In this document: piece after piece, positions 44,640-59,180 of the stretch | How the letters are laid out: each line of letters opens with the position of its first letter | How positions within the stretch are numbered: the first letter of the stretch is position 1 | Origin: the human T2T-CHM13v2.0 reference genome, Homo sapiens | DNA length: 64,000 nucleotides | Strand: one strand, 5' to 3' | Assembly: GCF_009914755.1 (NCBI RefSeq) | Contig: NC_060931.1 | Made by a program: the position numbers and the translations under genes | The notes under the pieces: model-generated | The model's input: the letters and a program-made list of their open reading frames with translations, nothing else | The model's database searches: none | Told to the model about the DNA's origin: nothing

Positions 44640-44865
44640 GTATCACTTAGGAGTGCTTTCAGCTGCAAGTAATAGCTTGACTAGCAGTGCCTGAAACAAT
44701 TAAGGATTTATTTTTTTCATGTGATGGTAAGACAGCTACAGCTGGGTGACCACTGTGTTGCTTCAGTGGCTCAGTGGGGTAAGGGCCATTGTCTTCAAGA
44801 CTTTCTTGGCCTTTCCCTCATGAGATGCACCTTCTAGCATCACATTTGCATTCAAGTAAAAGTCC
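44640..44865 (-). mobile_element. MLT1 (MaLR) LTR fragment
   Basis: GCTTTCAGCTGCAAGTAA...AAACAATTAAGGATTTATTT motif. Confidence 0.55.
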
Positions 44866-45038
44866 GTGCTATCCTTGCAGACACTTACTTCGCATGCTGC
44901 CTGCTCTGCTGATTGAGGAAATGGTCAAGACTAAATGACCACTAGTCCCTCCTTCAGGTATGACAGTGGAGTCCAACGGTTAGTGGGATCTGACCTCCAG
45001 CGAGCTTATTTCTCCTATGATGAATATAAGAAGTTTGT

Positions 45039-45434
<396 letters not shown>

Positions 45435-46374
45435 TTAAGTTTGGGGACATCATGGTTTTGTGAAATCTACTTTCGCTGAAATTTATGTCCATTTCTTTGC
45501 CTCCTTCTCTCTGCACACCGCCTCTACTCAGAAATTTAACCATTTACACACAACAGAAAGAATTTTCCTCAAGATCGCTACTTTTGCCCAGTATTTCTGA
45601 TTGTCTTTCTGCTTCACATCTCCAGAAAATGTATTCCCTTTAACAACTTAACTTGGAGAAGGAGGAAAGAAACCTAAGCAGATATGACTCCACCTAAGTT
45701 TTATGAGGAACCTTCGAAGGAAACTCTGAGAAAAATGAGTCTGTATCTTTTTCTCCCTCTTAGACCAGGCTTTTGACATCTACCAGTGTGCACACTCACC
45801 AATTAACAGTTACGTTCTTATTGGTTGAGAGAACAAGGCATTAACACGTCTGGTGACTGCTGCGCTGGTCCCGTGAGACCTGTAGAGAGGCCAAGTGGTT
45901 GCCGTGGGCTTTTGCTACCTCTTTGGGCAGTCATTTTGCCTGTATGAGACGAGGAGGCCGGACCCTCTCAGCTCCTGACATCCTCTCTAACCTCCTGTGA
46001 TCTGGTCACCCTGTGGGAAAGCCAAGGCAGCCCTGGCCCCTCTCCAGCAGTCTCTCCCTGGAGGGCTCGGCCTGTTGGGTTTTACTTAGCTCGCAGTTTA
46101 TGCCTTCATTCTCCTCTGACCCTCATTAACCAAGAGGAAAAACTAATTCTAGAAAGGACTCCATTTCCCCCCATATTGTATATTTCATATCCACAGAGCA
46201 CGCTGTGCCCTATTGAGAATTAAACTGCGATCACTAACCTCATCTCATTTGTGCCAGGGGTCTTGTTCAAAAGCTGTTTCCCCAGCAAAGCAGTGCCGTG
46301 GGTTAGGACCCCCTCACCCCACACACACATGCTTGGTGGAGTGGTTCCCATCTCTTTTTAATGCCTTTGGCAGG

Positions 46375-46478
46375 GGACAGACAGAGAGAGAAAGAGAGAG
46401 AGAGAAGGAAACACAGGGAGAGAGAGAGCAAGAGAAAAAAAAGAGAAACACAAAAGAAGAACAAGAGGGAAAGAAAAG
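46375..46478. repeat. GA-rich low-complexity purine tract
   Basis: Direct reading. Confidence 0.85.
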
Positions 46479-49400
46479 CTCTCGAACAGCAGCCCTGCGT
46501 TTTGTTAGAACATTGGCACTGCATTTATCAGGATTACTGGAGGGAGAGCAGGGTTTGATCCTCTTCTCCACTGGGAGAGGGAAAAGCTTTATTGTACCTT
46601 TTTTAACATCTCACAGTTAGATCAGAACAATACACTGTGTATGTACATACACACCATACGTATGTGCCTAAGGATGATATTCTACTTGGGACACACCCTG
46701 TTTTCAAAGCATGGCTGAATTTTTTATAAAGGCCAGATACAGAAAGCCACCAGGCTCTCCCTGGGTCTCCCTTTCCAGCAGACCTTCCCCCCCTCCCCAT
46801 CCCCTTGCCGGACTTGGATCAGCAGGATTCACTCCTGTCAAACAAATTAGAGCATCTATGAAATGGGGCTATCGACATGTGTGACTTGATCTGTTTTAAT
46901 AGGGGCCCGGTGGGAGTTTCCTCCCTGCCCCACTGAGCTTTGTATCCTTCACGGAAAGGCAGACGGGGCGCGGGAGGATGCTGTGGACTTTAACCCTTTG
47001 CTGCCAGCAGGTTGCCTGCCTCCTGCGTGCAGCCGCTTCCTTTTTGTGCCTGGCCATTGTCTGGGGAGTGCGTGCGGCCTGCCATGCTCTTCATGCTTGT
47101 TATCTCACAGGAGACAAGCTCACCCCAGGAGTGGAAGAGAGAGCTGCGTTCTGAAGCAGATCTTTTGATTTCCTTTCTTCCCTCTCCTCTCTCAAATAAT
47201 TAGAAGTGCTGGTCAAGGTATTAAAAAAAAAAAAAACAGCCAAAGGGGAGAAAATATATTGTATATTTTATAACCCTGGCATTTTGTTTTTCAAGAGGTG
47301 TTGTCGGGCTGCCATTTGACCCTTATGTAATAATTAGCATTTGAGCTGTGGCAGCTAGCAAGTAGGTGAGGGAGAATTGCCTGTTTGGAGGAAGGATCCG
47401 ACCCCTTTTAAGTAGAAGAGAAGAGGGAATTTGCCTCTGTCAGCATTTCAGATGCACCCCCATGCTATCACTGTCTCCCTGGCCCTCTGTTCCTGACTCA
47501 GTTGCTAATGACACAATCTCCCAGCGCCTGCCTCCGCCCATGGCTCACCCCCACACCCATTCGCTGTTCAGGTACTTGAGTCCCAGCCACAGAGCTGGAA
47601 GGCTGGACAGCAGCTAAGACAAGAGGCAGAGGCCTTGTGCACAGTCCTGTTGCCGAGAAGCGCTTAGCACCCTGCCACCCTCCCTGTACCGCTCTGTAGG
47701 GGTGCAGATTCCCACCGAGCCCATGGCCTTACCTGCACCTCTCCCTTAACCTGGGAGTGCTGCGGGCAGAAGTCAGGACCCGCTTTCTTTTCTTGTTCTT
47801 CTTTACTCCTTAGCACATAGCACTGGTACACCTCAATTTATAGAACAGACACCTTCCTGAAAAACTGCATGTAAATGCAATTTTTGACAGGTGGAATTTT
47901 GTAGCTCATAGATTTACATTGTTTAGAGTCAGTCGAAATGAAGCTGAAAACACAATCATATTCCCTGTACTTACTGGTGTAGGAACCTGAGCACACAGCT
48001 CCTTTCGTAAAGTGAGAAATTCTCCAGCGGAGCGTGTAGCCGTACCCTGGTTTACCTGTTCAAGGAGTCCTATGCTGAAGACGACATCTTATGGGCATCG
48101 GTGTGCAGTAGGCGCTCAGTCACACCGCGCTCATCACTGAGATGTGGAAGGAAAGGGGTTGGTCGGGCCCTTTGCTCTCCTGTGCTGGTGGCCAAGCCCA
48201 GGGCTTGGGTTGTAAAACCACAGGCCTGACTGCTTCTCCTTGAATTGTCCTGAACCTTGACCCTTAGCGCCCTCAGGTCGTTGTGTTGTTTGGATTGGTG
48301 ATTTCATTAGGATTTCTCACCCTTTTCATTTATTTCATTTAGGCCCGAGGCAGAACTTCTGGGAGCTAGCTGATCATCTGTCTTTTAATTTTCCTTTAGG
48401 GAGAAGAACTCCACTGGGCTCCATTTCTCCCTCTCATTGCTTGCTGGCACTGGCTCCATGGCCTCTTTGTTGTGTTTTTGTTTTGTGTTTTGTTACCGTC
48501 CCCTCTGGCACCAGATCAAGGGGCAGGGAGGGAAACTGGGACGTTTTGGAGGAGGGTTGCCAAAGAGTTGTTGCAGGAAAGAGGCATGGTCAGAAGACCA
48601 GTTCAGCCGCTGAGCAGCGACAGGAGCACTTCCAGTTCCTCCAGGGCCTGAGCTCAGAGCGGGGAGGACCATGAGGGGCCGTGGTATGGCGGCGGTGGGG
48701 TAGGGAAAGAGCCAGGAGAATGAAGGAAGAGCAGCAGCTTATTTAATTTGGAAAAACAAGGGAAAAGCTCCAGTCCACATACATCTCTTCTTTCTTCCCC
48801 TTCCCTGATGCTCATGAATAGCACGTGGAAGGGTTGAGTGTTTCTGCCCCACAGTGTGGCTTCTGCCGGGAGTGGGGGCACACATTCCAGGCTTCTGTGC
48901 TGCCTGGGTAGCTCCTTCTCCTGGCCTTTCAGGTCCAGGATTACAGACTCAAACTGTATTCACTGTGGGGGCAGGGTGGGGGGTTCTCCCCTTTTTTTCT
49001 CCCATGTCCTAGTCATTTGGTCGCTGCAAAATGATTAGAACATGCAGGAGATCTCTTGCCACCTGAACCATTTTTAAATCCTCTCCTGAGTACTAAGCCC
49101 AGTTCTTTCCAAATTATTTCCAGCAACTTTCGCCTCATGTGTAGGTTTCTCTGGATTAATCCCCAGTACAATCTTTTCCATCCTCAAAAGTCACAGACAT
49201 TTTAGTTTTTCTGATTTCATGTCCCACCTTAGGTCAGATCTTTGAGGGGTGGGAGGGTAGGAGGTAAGGAACCACTCCTCATGCAGGATATTAGATTGAG
49301 AAACAGAAACCTACAAAAATTCAGCTCCACTTATTTTTAAACTGATGATCATGTCTGAATTAGATCAGAGCAAAAGCAAAGATTAAGGAAAAAGGCCTAG

Positions 49401-49483
49401 TACAAACTATAGCAAACACAGTGGACCAGTGCTGAACTTTGCTAGCTGTTCTGGGACGCTACAGCTAGGCAGGCTTACGTTAG

Positions 49484-49801
<318 letters not shown>

Positions 49802-51072
49802 TAGTCATTCTTAAGGGCATGTTCAGACCAAGTTCCTCTGGCTATTCTTGGAGCGGAGATGTCCTGGCAACTTCATTTCTCTGTCGTCTCTTACAAAACC
49901 CCCTTTCTCCAAGTTCTCTTAAAAATGCATCTTTGACTTATATTCTCTCCTGCCTGAGGGGCCTGCCGTTGTCCTCTGTTCCTGGACTTTCACCTCATCC
50001 TGCCGTCTAGACCTGGCATCTGTTTTGGTCAGTGCTCTGGATGTTCTTTAAGCAGCACATTCTTGCTGAGCAGAACACGGTGTTCAGCCAGGTTCCATAG
50101 CTCCCGTCATCCCCACCGTTGCTACCCAGGCCCTTGGTTGTCCTGCACTCCCGCTAACCCCCAGACTTTCTTAGAATCAAAACTTCCTCCAGTTGGATCA
50201 CTGGGCTTCTATTCCATAACTCCTTCATTTCCTCTTGCCAAGAACGTTCTTTAGCAATCCGAAGTTATATTTGTTATTAAATATAAGACTTAAAAAAGGC
50301 TTGTATTTTTCCCCTGAAATCAGCTTTAATGAATTATGACAAAACTTAACTCATATTGCTAAACATTATATGTAATGGGTGTGCTCTTTCAACTTAGGGA
50401 AAAATGGATCCAGAACTGTTGGCAGCCTTTACACGTCTTTCATCGGCCTTTTTCTTTGTGGACCAAAAGAAAGGGCCAAACTTAGCCAAAACCATTGGCC
50501 GCTGATACTCTTGTGAAGACTGTGTTTTATTACCACTGCAAGAGTTGGGGGTTGGCCAAAATGATACCCAGACATTTCAGATCTTAATCACAGGTGCTGA
50601 AAACAGAGATGTGTTTGATTCTAGACCATTACAAGTGGGAGTTAATTACCACATTTCAATGAACTCTCCGTGTGCCCTCCTGCCATAGCAATTAGCAAGA
50701 GAGTGGCCGCTTGTGTGCTTGATGGTGTTTTATGACCATGGATTATATAGGAATTAGGAATGGCTTCGGGAAGCATTTGGTCCTCATAGTTATCCAATAC
50801 CAGCATGGCCCAACCCCAGATATGTCAAAGCCACAACTGTTGCGTTTGGCAGGCATTCTACAAAATGTACTTGGTCAATACTAAATAGTTTCATTTAGCA
50901 GACCAGTTTATTCAAGTGCCTGACAGGAGTTTCCTGGATTCTCACCTCTCCTGAGAGGCCTTCAAGAGCATCGCTGAAGGTTTATCTACAGCTAGGGTAG
51001 GTTATGAGTAATGTCTTTTATGAAACTTTGCAAACCAACTGTCGTTCTGTTCAATTCCCAGAGGCAGATTTT

Positions 51073-51285
51073 TAGGGTTGCTGTGTCCAATACAGTAGCC
51101 ACTAGCCACCTGTGGCTATTTCAGCTTAATTTAGTTACCATCAAATAAAATTTAAACATCAGTTCCTCAGTGACACACTAGCCAGTTTCAAGAGTACAGT
51201 AGTCACTCTTGTCACAGTGGTTATTGTATCAGACGATACAGAACATGTTAATCATCATAGAAAGTTCTGGACAGTGGTGCTCTAG
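51073..51285. mobile_element. MER3 (hAT-Charlie)
   Basis: GTCCAATACAGTAGCCACTAGCCACCTGTGGCTATT...ATCATAGAAAGTTCTGGACAG. Confidence 0.85.
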
Positions 51286-53547
51286 AGTCTCAACATGTCA
51301 CGTGTTCAGGGGATCACTGGATCTAAAGCTATTCCTTATGGGAAATGTTGGCTTTCTTGAAAATACACCGGAGACCAGAGAAGGTCACCATGTGGAGAAG
51401 AGGCAGCCTTCACTCTGCCAAGAATGCTGGCCAGGCTTCTCTGTTTTATATCTCATCACAATGAGGGCCATTCTGGCCCTCCAAAATATGGATACCAACC
51501 TTTACGCACTGTCAGAAATGGGCCACAATTCAAAGTGTTCTCTGCTGTTTCTGATGAACTGCCGTTCTCCAGCTCTTCCCTGCAATGGCAAGGAAAAGTG
51601 ATGTTCCCTCAAGATCTGCCAAGGGAGATACTCCCTCTCTCTGGTAATCGTCGCTGTCTCCTTCCATCAGGTTAGACTACCAGGGAAGTACCTACCTGAA
51701 TAGCATTAGCGTATCTTCCTCACTAGAATTATCTTTGATAGATCATACTTTAATGTTTATACCTTGGGCTTATTGATAATTTTAAAAAATCAATATGAAG
51801 ATAAACTTGCATGTGCTGTGAAAGTCATTCATTACTAAAGATGTAGACCATTCAGGTAAAGCACTGCATAATACTCAGGATGTGCTGGTCTCTCTGGAAG
51901 AACCGTGGGACCTCCTTCCAATGGAGAATGCAAATGATGTGACCCACTGTTTTACATTTTGCCCCATCTGCCCAGAACTCCAGAGTTCAACTCAGCACTC
52001 ATTTATATTGACTTGATTAGCCATGGTGGTTAGAAATTGGCTTTCTCTCCCTTAACCAGGTGTTTGATTTTCTGTTTTAGTTTTAATAACCTTATTGTGT
52101 ATATCTTTTAATTTAATTCTCCTTAAATTGTTTTCTGAAAGAGGCGAAGTATAAACAAATGAATACAAATTTTATTTTCAGGTCCCCACATTTGATATTT
52201 TCTGTTTTGAGGTAGTCTCTATGCAAGCCCCAACCCCAGGCCCTGGCATAAATGACAGGAGGGCCCAGGGACCTCCTGGCAGTCTCATTTTTCTTTCATA
52301 CCCTCCTGAGTATCTAGCACACTGCTAAACATATGCTGCTTAGAGTGATGTAAGGTAGAGAAACACTGTGCCCCGCGTGGGAAGGCATTACAGAATAAAC
52401 TTAGGAAAGAGGGTCACCTCTCAGATTTAGTCAGATGACAAAGGCAGCACTGGCTTCCCTGGGGTGTAGAGATAGGAAAGAATTTGAATAATTATCATCA
52501 TTATCATCACCACATTCATTAAACCCCATCTGCACATGGCACTGTGTAAGTCCCCATAGGTTTTTTTCTCTGCCAGTGAGAGAGAATTTTGTCCAGCAGG
52601 GAGGCGAATCCTGAGCTCTCCCCAGCTCACCAGTTTCCTCCTCGGGCTGTTCCACTCCACAGCCAGCAGCCTGGCTCATCACTGAGGTTGAGTCCATTGC
52701 CTCCTATGTTCTTGGGAGATCTCTGTGGTCCTTGGCTTATAATCATCTTTCACGTTCTAGGACTCTGGACTTTCCCTTTACAGCACTCACCACAGTAGCA
52801 ATTAAGAACATTGATGCATAATGAATTAGAGATTCTCTTGTAGTACATTTTATCCAACTAGGGGGTCATCTCTGTTCTCTGCACCCCCATATCTCTAGAA
52901 CCCCCCATTATGTGTGGTATGTAGCCAAGTGCTTGATGCATATTCTTAGCAGTAAATAGCAGGAATGAATGAATGAGTGTGTATCCAATTTGACTTTAGA
53001 GTTATTTCCCGACTTACAGCCGTTGAAGTTGCTGTTTCCTCCACGTGTTCAACCTTTGGGATTCACACAATACTTGACAATCACAGCTCTGCCATGGGGG
53101 ACATCATTACACAAAGCACTCCTCACCAGTAGTCAGATGGCACTTGATAGCTACAGGCATGTGAATATTCTTTTACTGTCAACTTTTGTTGTGATTTCAC
53201 CTAAAATATGATAAGCTCCTTGAGGATAAAGGCTAAGTCTTACTTCTTTGTATTTCTGGTAACCGCTTGTACCAAACACCTGCCAAGCATTGTTGATTGC
53301 ACCTATGAGGAGGTGAGAAAGTGCCAGGCCGTCATGCCCCTCTATACAAACATGTAACAGTAGACTCTGGTTCATCAGGAGTAAATGACATGATATGTGA
53401 TAGACCACATACATTCGTGGCTATAGATAGGTGAGTAACTGTAACCATATCCAATTGTGAGCAAAAGTGTTTTAATTGGTGGTTTTAAACTAATATAAAA
53501 TTGGCTAAATCATCATTTTTCAGCTCTCGAATCATCTGAAGACCTTT

Positions 53548-53885
<338 letters not shown>

Positions 53886-53901
53886 TAAAGAACTGATAGA
53901 T

Positions 53902-54043
53902 GTCCAGGTGTGGTGTGGTGGCTCACACCTGTGATCCCAGCAACTCGGGAGGCCAAGGTGGGAGGATTGCTTGAGCCTAAAAGTTTGCATCCAGCCTGGG
54001 CAACATAGCAAGACCTTGTTTCTAAAAAAAAAAAAAAAAAAAA
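53902..54043 (+). mobile_element. FLAM (free left Alu monomer)
   Basis: Single monomer ending GGGCAACATAGCAAGACC then poly-A. Confidence 0.85.
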
Positions 54044-54164
54044 ATTATGTAAAAACTTTTTTTTTTCTTTTAAGTACTGGTAGGACTGGATCCTACCACA
54101 GGAAAAAAATAATAATCTCTAGGGCTAGGTACCAGACAATGAAATATATTTTTTAAATAACTCA

Positions 54165-55143
54165 CTTTTTAAAAAATTTCCACTTTTATTTTAGATTTAG
54201 GGGCTACATGTGCAGGTTTGTTACATGGGTATATTTTGTGATGCTGAGGTTTGGAGTATGAATGATCTCATCAGCCAGGTACTGAGCGCAGTACCCAATA
54301 GTTTTTCAACCCTTCCCCTCATCCTTCCCTCTCGCCTCTCATAGACCCCAATGTCTATTGTTGCCATTTTTATGTCCATGTCTACCCAGTGGTTAGCCCC
54401 CACTTACAAATGACAGCATTCAGTATTTGGTTTTCTCTTCCTGCGTTAATTCACTTAAGATAATGGCCTCCAGCTGCACTCGTGTTGCTGCAAAGGACGT
54501 GATTTTGTTGCTTTTTCTGGCTGCATAGTATTCCATCGTGTATATGTATTACACTGTCTTTATCCAGTCCACCGTTGATGGGCACCTAGGTTGATTCTGT
54601 GTCTTCACTCTTGTGAATAGTGCTGTGATGAACAGCTGAGTGCAGGTGTCCTTTATGGTAGACCATTTATTTTCTTTTGGATATATACCCAGTAATGGGA
54701 TTTCTGGGTCAAATGGTAATTCTGTTTTAAGTTCTTTGAAAAACCTGCAAACTGCTTTCCATAGGCACTGAACTAATTTACCTTCCCACCAGCAGTGTAT
54801 AAGCATTCCCTTTTCTCTACAGCCTTGCCAGCATCTGTTGTTTTTACTTTTAATAATAGCCATTCTGACTGGTGTGAGATGATAGCGTATTGTGATTTTG
54901 ATTTGAATTTCTCTGTTGACTAGTGATGTTGAGCATTTTTTCATGTGTTGTATGTCTTCTTTTGAAAAGCGTCTGTGTGTTTTACCCATTTTTAATGGGG
55001 TTATTTGTTTTGTGCTTGTTCAGTTGTTTGAGTTCCTTATAGATTCTGGATATTAGACCTTTATCAGATGCATAATTTGCAAATGTTTTCTCCCATTCTG
55101 TGGATTGCCTCTTTTCTCTGTTGATAGCTTCTTTTGCTGTGGA
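54165..55143 (-). mobile_element. Old primate L1 (L1PA15/16 or L1PB) 3' end with ORF2p C-terminal remnant
   Basis: ORF 54549-54989 translates to an L1 ORF2p cysteine-rich region ([25 protein letters not shown]); L1P 3'UTR TACATGTGCAGGTTTGTTACAT. Confidence 0.93.
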
Positions 55144-55419
55144 GCTCAGATGTTTTTAATGTGCAAACATAGTTGAGAACTACTAACCCAGTCTTCGGGT
55201 ATTAATCAGCACCAGCTCATTATTCCATCTCTGCCAACACTCAATCACAATTTGCTCTAGTTTGGTAACTGCCCTCGTTCAGATGGAGCAGAGTTGGAAT
55301 TTTACAGTGTAGGGCTGGCGCCAGTTCCTGTCATTCTCCATCCAATTCCGAGCCAAGTGTCCAGCCTTAGCAGGGATCCCACATGCAATGGAAAAAGGGA
55401 TGCTTTGTTCTCAGAATGG

Positions 55420-56400
55420 CTTATTCATTTACTAGATGTGCATTTAGCATCTGTTATGTACACGGTGGAGGAAAAGACAGTTAATTTCTGTGCTGTGCAG
55501 TCAAGGTTGGGATAAACGTGGTCAGGATGTCATGGGAGCTTCAAAGAAAGGAAACAGGCCCCTGTGTAGAGTCATCAAAAGAGACTTTCTGAAGGTGATA
55601 TTAAAACCAAGCCCTGAAAGTTGCATGGAAGCTTGCCGGGATACTCTTTCCCCGTCTTTCACCTGGCTGATGGAAGAGCATGGGCACAGGTATGGAGGTG
55701 TGCACGAAGGTGGCTCATTGATCTATAAGTAGAAATTTCTATAAATAGAAATTGTGGTTGAAGCACAGGGCACAAGTGTGGCAAAGCAATGCCTTGGAAG
55801 CCATGCGGGCAATGTTGAGAGACAGCCCAAAGAGGTAAGCAGAGGCCAGATCAAAAAAACATGTTTATTTGCCATGGTGGGACAGATTTACCATGAAGCT
55901 CTTGAAGCTTAAGCTGCAGGGCCCCTGGGGAGGGGCCACATGTTGGGCTTTGTTCCTTTTTTAATTTGCAAAACTATATATATATATACATATATATGTA
56001 TATATAAATTATATAAGCTTCAGGCTCTACAAAAACCTGGATCTGAAGCTTAAGGACCTTTACTTTTTCCTGAAGGTAATAGGAGTTAATGAAGAAGGGA
56101 AGAGATGTGAGTTTTAGCTAGGATTATAATTTATCATTGAAACTGAGATACTTTGAGAGTAAAAGACCATGCTATTAATAGTTATACCTACATCCCTCCC
56201 CCTCCCCCCCAAAAAATCCAGTAATCAGAACTTTCCTTGGCAAAAAGCAGTGTATGAAGACTTTGATTTTAGCCCACTTGGTTGGTAATCTTAAGATGCA
56301 GTTACAGGAGGTTGAGACTGGAGCAGGGAGACCAGTTAGGATGCTGTTACATTCAAAGGAGATGATCAGGGCCAGAATTAAGACAGCATTAAAGAAACTG
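55420..56400 (-). mobile_element. L2 fragments
   Basis: GAGGTAAGCAGAGGCCAGATC and GGAGCAGGGAGACCAGTTAGGA motifs. Confidence 0.55.
55878..56046. mobile_element. hAT-Tip100 MITE (MER115/Zaphod-like) with internal (TA)n
   Basis: GATTTACCATGAAGCT..GAAGCTTAAGCTGCAGGGCCCCT start; AAGCTTCAGGC..AAAACCTGGATC end. Confidence 0.55.
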
Positions 56401-56810
56401 AAGACAAGCAGTTGGGATCCTCAGGATGGGAAAGCACGGGTAAACGGGCAGGAGACCTCTGGGCGCCATTTCTGAACCGGGCAGCTGGGTAGATAGATGG
56501 CGGTGTCTTCCCTTGGCCTGATGGAACAGGGAGGGGGTGGCAGACATTGGGGGGAAGTGGGGATTCCAGCTGAATGTAAGGATGTCGGGAAGTGCCTGTG
56601 GAAGAGCCAAGAGAGGACGAGTTTAGTAAGTACTGAGGTTCTGGTGGCAGGTTCATATCCATCGCGGGGCAGTCGGGTTTGCTGTACTGCCACAGATGCC
56701 AACCGTCTGCAGATGCCACTTGGAGATGGAAACCACCTAATGCAAGAAGAGGTCAGGTAGCAGCATGGATGGCTCAGTGCAAACCAACCCTTCTATTTAA
56801 AACACAGCTA

Positions 56811-57117
56811 GGCCAGGCATGGTGGCTCACGCCTGTAAGCCTAGCATTTTGGGAAACCAAGGTGGGAGGATCACCTGAGCTCAAGAGTTTGAGACCAGCT
56901 TGGCCAACAGGGTGAAACCTCGTCTCTACTAAAAATACAAAAAATTAGCCAGGCGTGGTGGCAGGCATCTGTAATCTCAGCTACTCAGGAGGCTAAGGCA
57001 TGAGAATCTGCTGAACCGGGGAGGCCAAGGCTGCCGTGAGCTGAGATCGTGCCACTGCACTCCAGCCTGGGCGACAAAGCGAGACTCCATCTCAAAAAAA
57101 GGGAAGAAAAAAAAAAA
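56811..57117 (+). mobile_element. Alu (Jb/S)
   Basis: Full dimer; TSD CACAGCTA. Confidence 0.94.
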
Positions 57118-58329
57118 GCCCACAGCTAAAAGCCAGCCCTTCTGTGGTCATAGCAGCCAACATACATGGTAGGGCCTGAATCCATCCCCTTGCCACCTCC
57201 CTTAGCAGCCTGAATAGAGGCAGGCGCGTCTCAGATCATGGCAGCTGGTGACTGACGGAGCCCCTGATTCTCTGAGCTGACCATATAAGCTGACCCTGGA
57301 TTTACTTAAAGTTAATTTTCATCATCATCAGCCTCGCTGTCTCACCAGCCCCACCTAATTCTAAATTTACCTAAGGTTCTTTTTTTTTTTCTTTTTTAAA
57401 AGCTTTAGGTCTATATTTTGGACAGAAGATGGTCTTTTAGCTCCTGATCTCATACTTAAATAAAAATGCTCTCATATTCTCCTTGATATATTTGCCTATT
57501 GGATTTGTTTAATGAAATATGGATTTATACCATAAATATTGGAGTCGTGTAGTCCATATTTCAATTAATGGATCATTTATATGTCATGCTAACTTTGTAA
57601 TTACTGAAATGTAGGAATAGAGTGGATTGAAATGAATTTCTGTTCATCTTTCCATTCCTGCCCCCATCCAGGCATGTCTGAGCAGCTTGGATCGCAAAAG
57701 GGCAAGATTTACACATGGGGTTTGCAGAGGAAAGGGGTAGGGGGCTCGGAAAGGCGGCCTCCTCTGCGTGTGCCAGGAGAGCTCTATATTGCAGTGTGCT
57801 TTCTGGGTTCACCTAGGCAGCGTTACACAGCTGTCCTCAGAGGAGCGGAAAGCTGGGCTCTGGCTGGAGGGCCCGGTCATCAATATGCTGACAGGCCTTC
57901 ATCATCATTTTCATCTCGGTTGTAAAGCACAGCCTATTTTCCCTCTTTGCCAAATCTCTGCTCCAAATGTACATAACTATAGATTTCTGACTGAGCCCTG
58001 CTGCCAGGAATCAACCAGAAAGCTTCACCAGACCTCTAAGACAGAGGACAAGTAAATTGTGTTCTCGGCTCCCGTGAACGGGGCCTGTCACTTTAACTGG
58101 TTTCTTCTCAGGCAGTGGGTACAGCCCAGGACACCCTTAGTGAACTTGCCACTGCCCCTGGTTTTCTTTCTCTCTCTTTCCTGCTCTTCCTCTCCTGCCT
58201 GCTGTTTGCTGACCAGAAAAATCTGGCTGGAGAGGCCCATGCAGTGAGTGAACATCACATACATAATTCTATCAGAATATATCCAAGGGTGGGGAATCAT
58301 TGTTCTCGGAACTAGCTGAGCTGAAGCCC

Positions 58330-59180
58330 GAGCAGAAATACTAAAGTCAGTCGTGCCTTTGAGCTGCCTCTAACAGCGCCCTTTAGAGACCCATTTCATA
58401 CAAAATTTGAAGCCTGTGTTTATTGCCCATTAAAGCAACCTTTATTTTATGGCAAATGTTGCAGTAATTGCCTTTTACGAAGAGCACTTTGTAACACACA
58501 TGCACAGTTGAAAGAAAACCACTCTGGTATTGTCTATCGGGACTTAATGGCGCAATTAATTTTACTCCATCTGTTCCTGAGACTTTAAAGGAAAATGGAT
58601 TTTTTTTTTGAGCGTACTTTAATGAAGAAGATAAAGCGGCCCGGCTGGTGTCCCACAGGCTCGGCGCAGTAAGTTCAGATTATTGCTCAGTCTGTCAGAA
58701 TGGGCTGCTTCCCTCAGCAGCAGCCACAGCCAGCAACCCGCTCTGGCCCCTCGCCGCGCCATTCCTGATGACAAACTGCCAGCCAGCTCCCACAAAAGCA
58801 CGATTAAAATGTCAGCACAGGATGACGAAGGGGCCAAGAGGGTCCTCAGAGACAAACTGTGTTCAGTGTGAGTTAATACTTTACAGCAGGGCTGGGGCCC
58901 GGCTTGCTGCGGGCTGGCCGGGCTGCTGGCTCGCCTTGAAGAGAACACCAGGGCAGGGGCTGGCGACTGGCGGCGGGGAAGCATGTGCACATGCGTGTCT
59001 GCACTGCTGTGTGCGTGTCGGGCATGCTGCTCTGTGCGGGAAGAGGCTCGTTTCAGAGGAAGCGTCCAATGGGCCGTTCAGGTTAGGGAGTTCCGAGACT
59101 CTCCATGATTTCTGAACCGTGGGGGACGGGGTGGTCGCAACCTAGAATGTGGGCTGGAGAGCGCTGTCCCAGTGGTGGCC
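58330..59180. promoter_or_regulatory. Candidate enhancer or weak promoter (homeobox motif cluster plus CpG-enriched patch)
   Basis: Repeat-free; TTTATTG, TTTTATGG, TTTTACGA and CAATTAAT motifs followed by a locally CpG-rich segment. Confidence 0.45.

Noticed and set aside
54549-54989. 146-aa ORF resembling a real protein
   Set aside because: Degenerate LINE-1 ORF2p C-terminus in a truncated old L1, not a host gene
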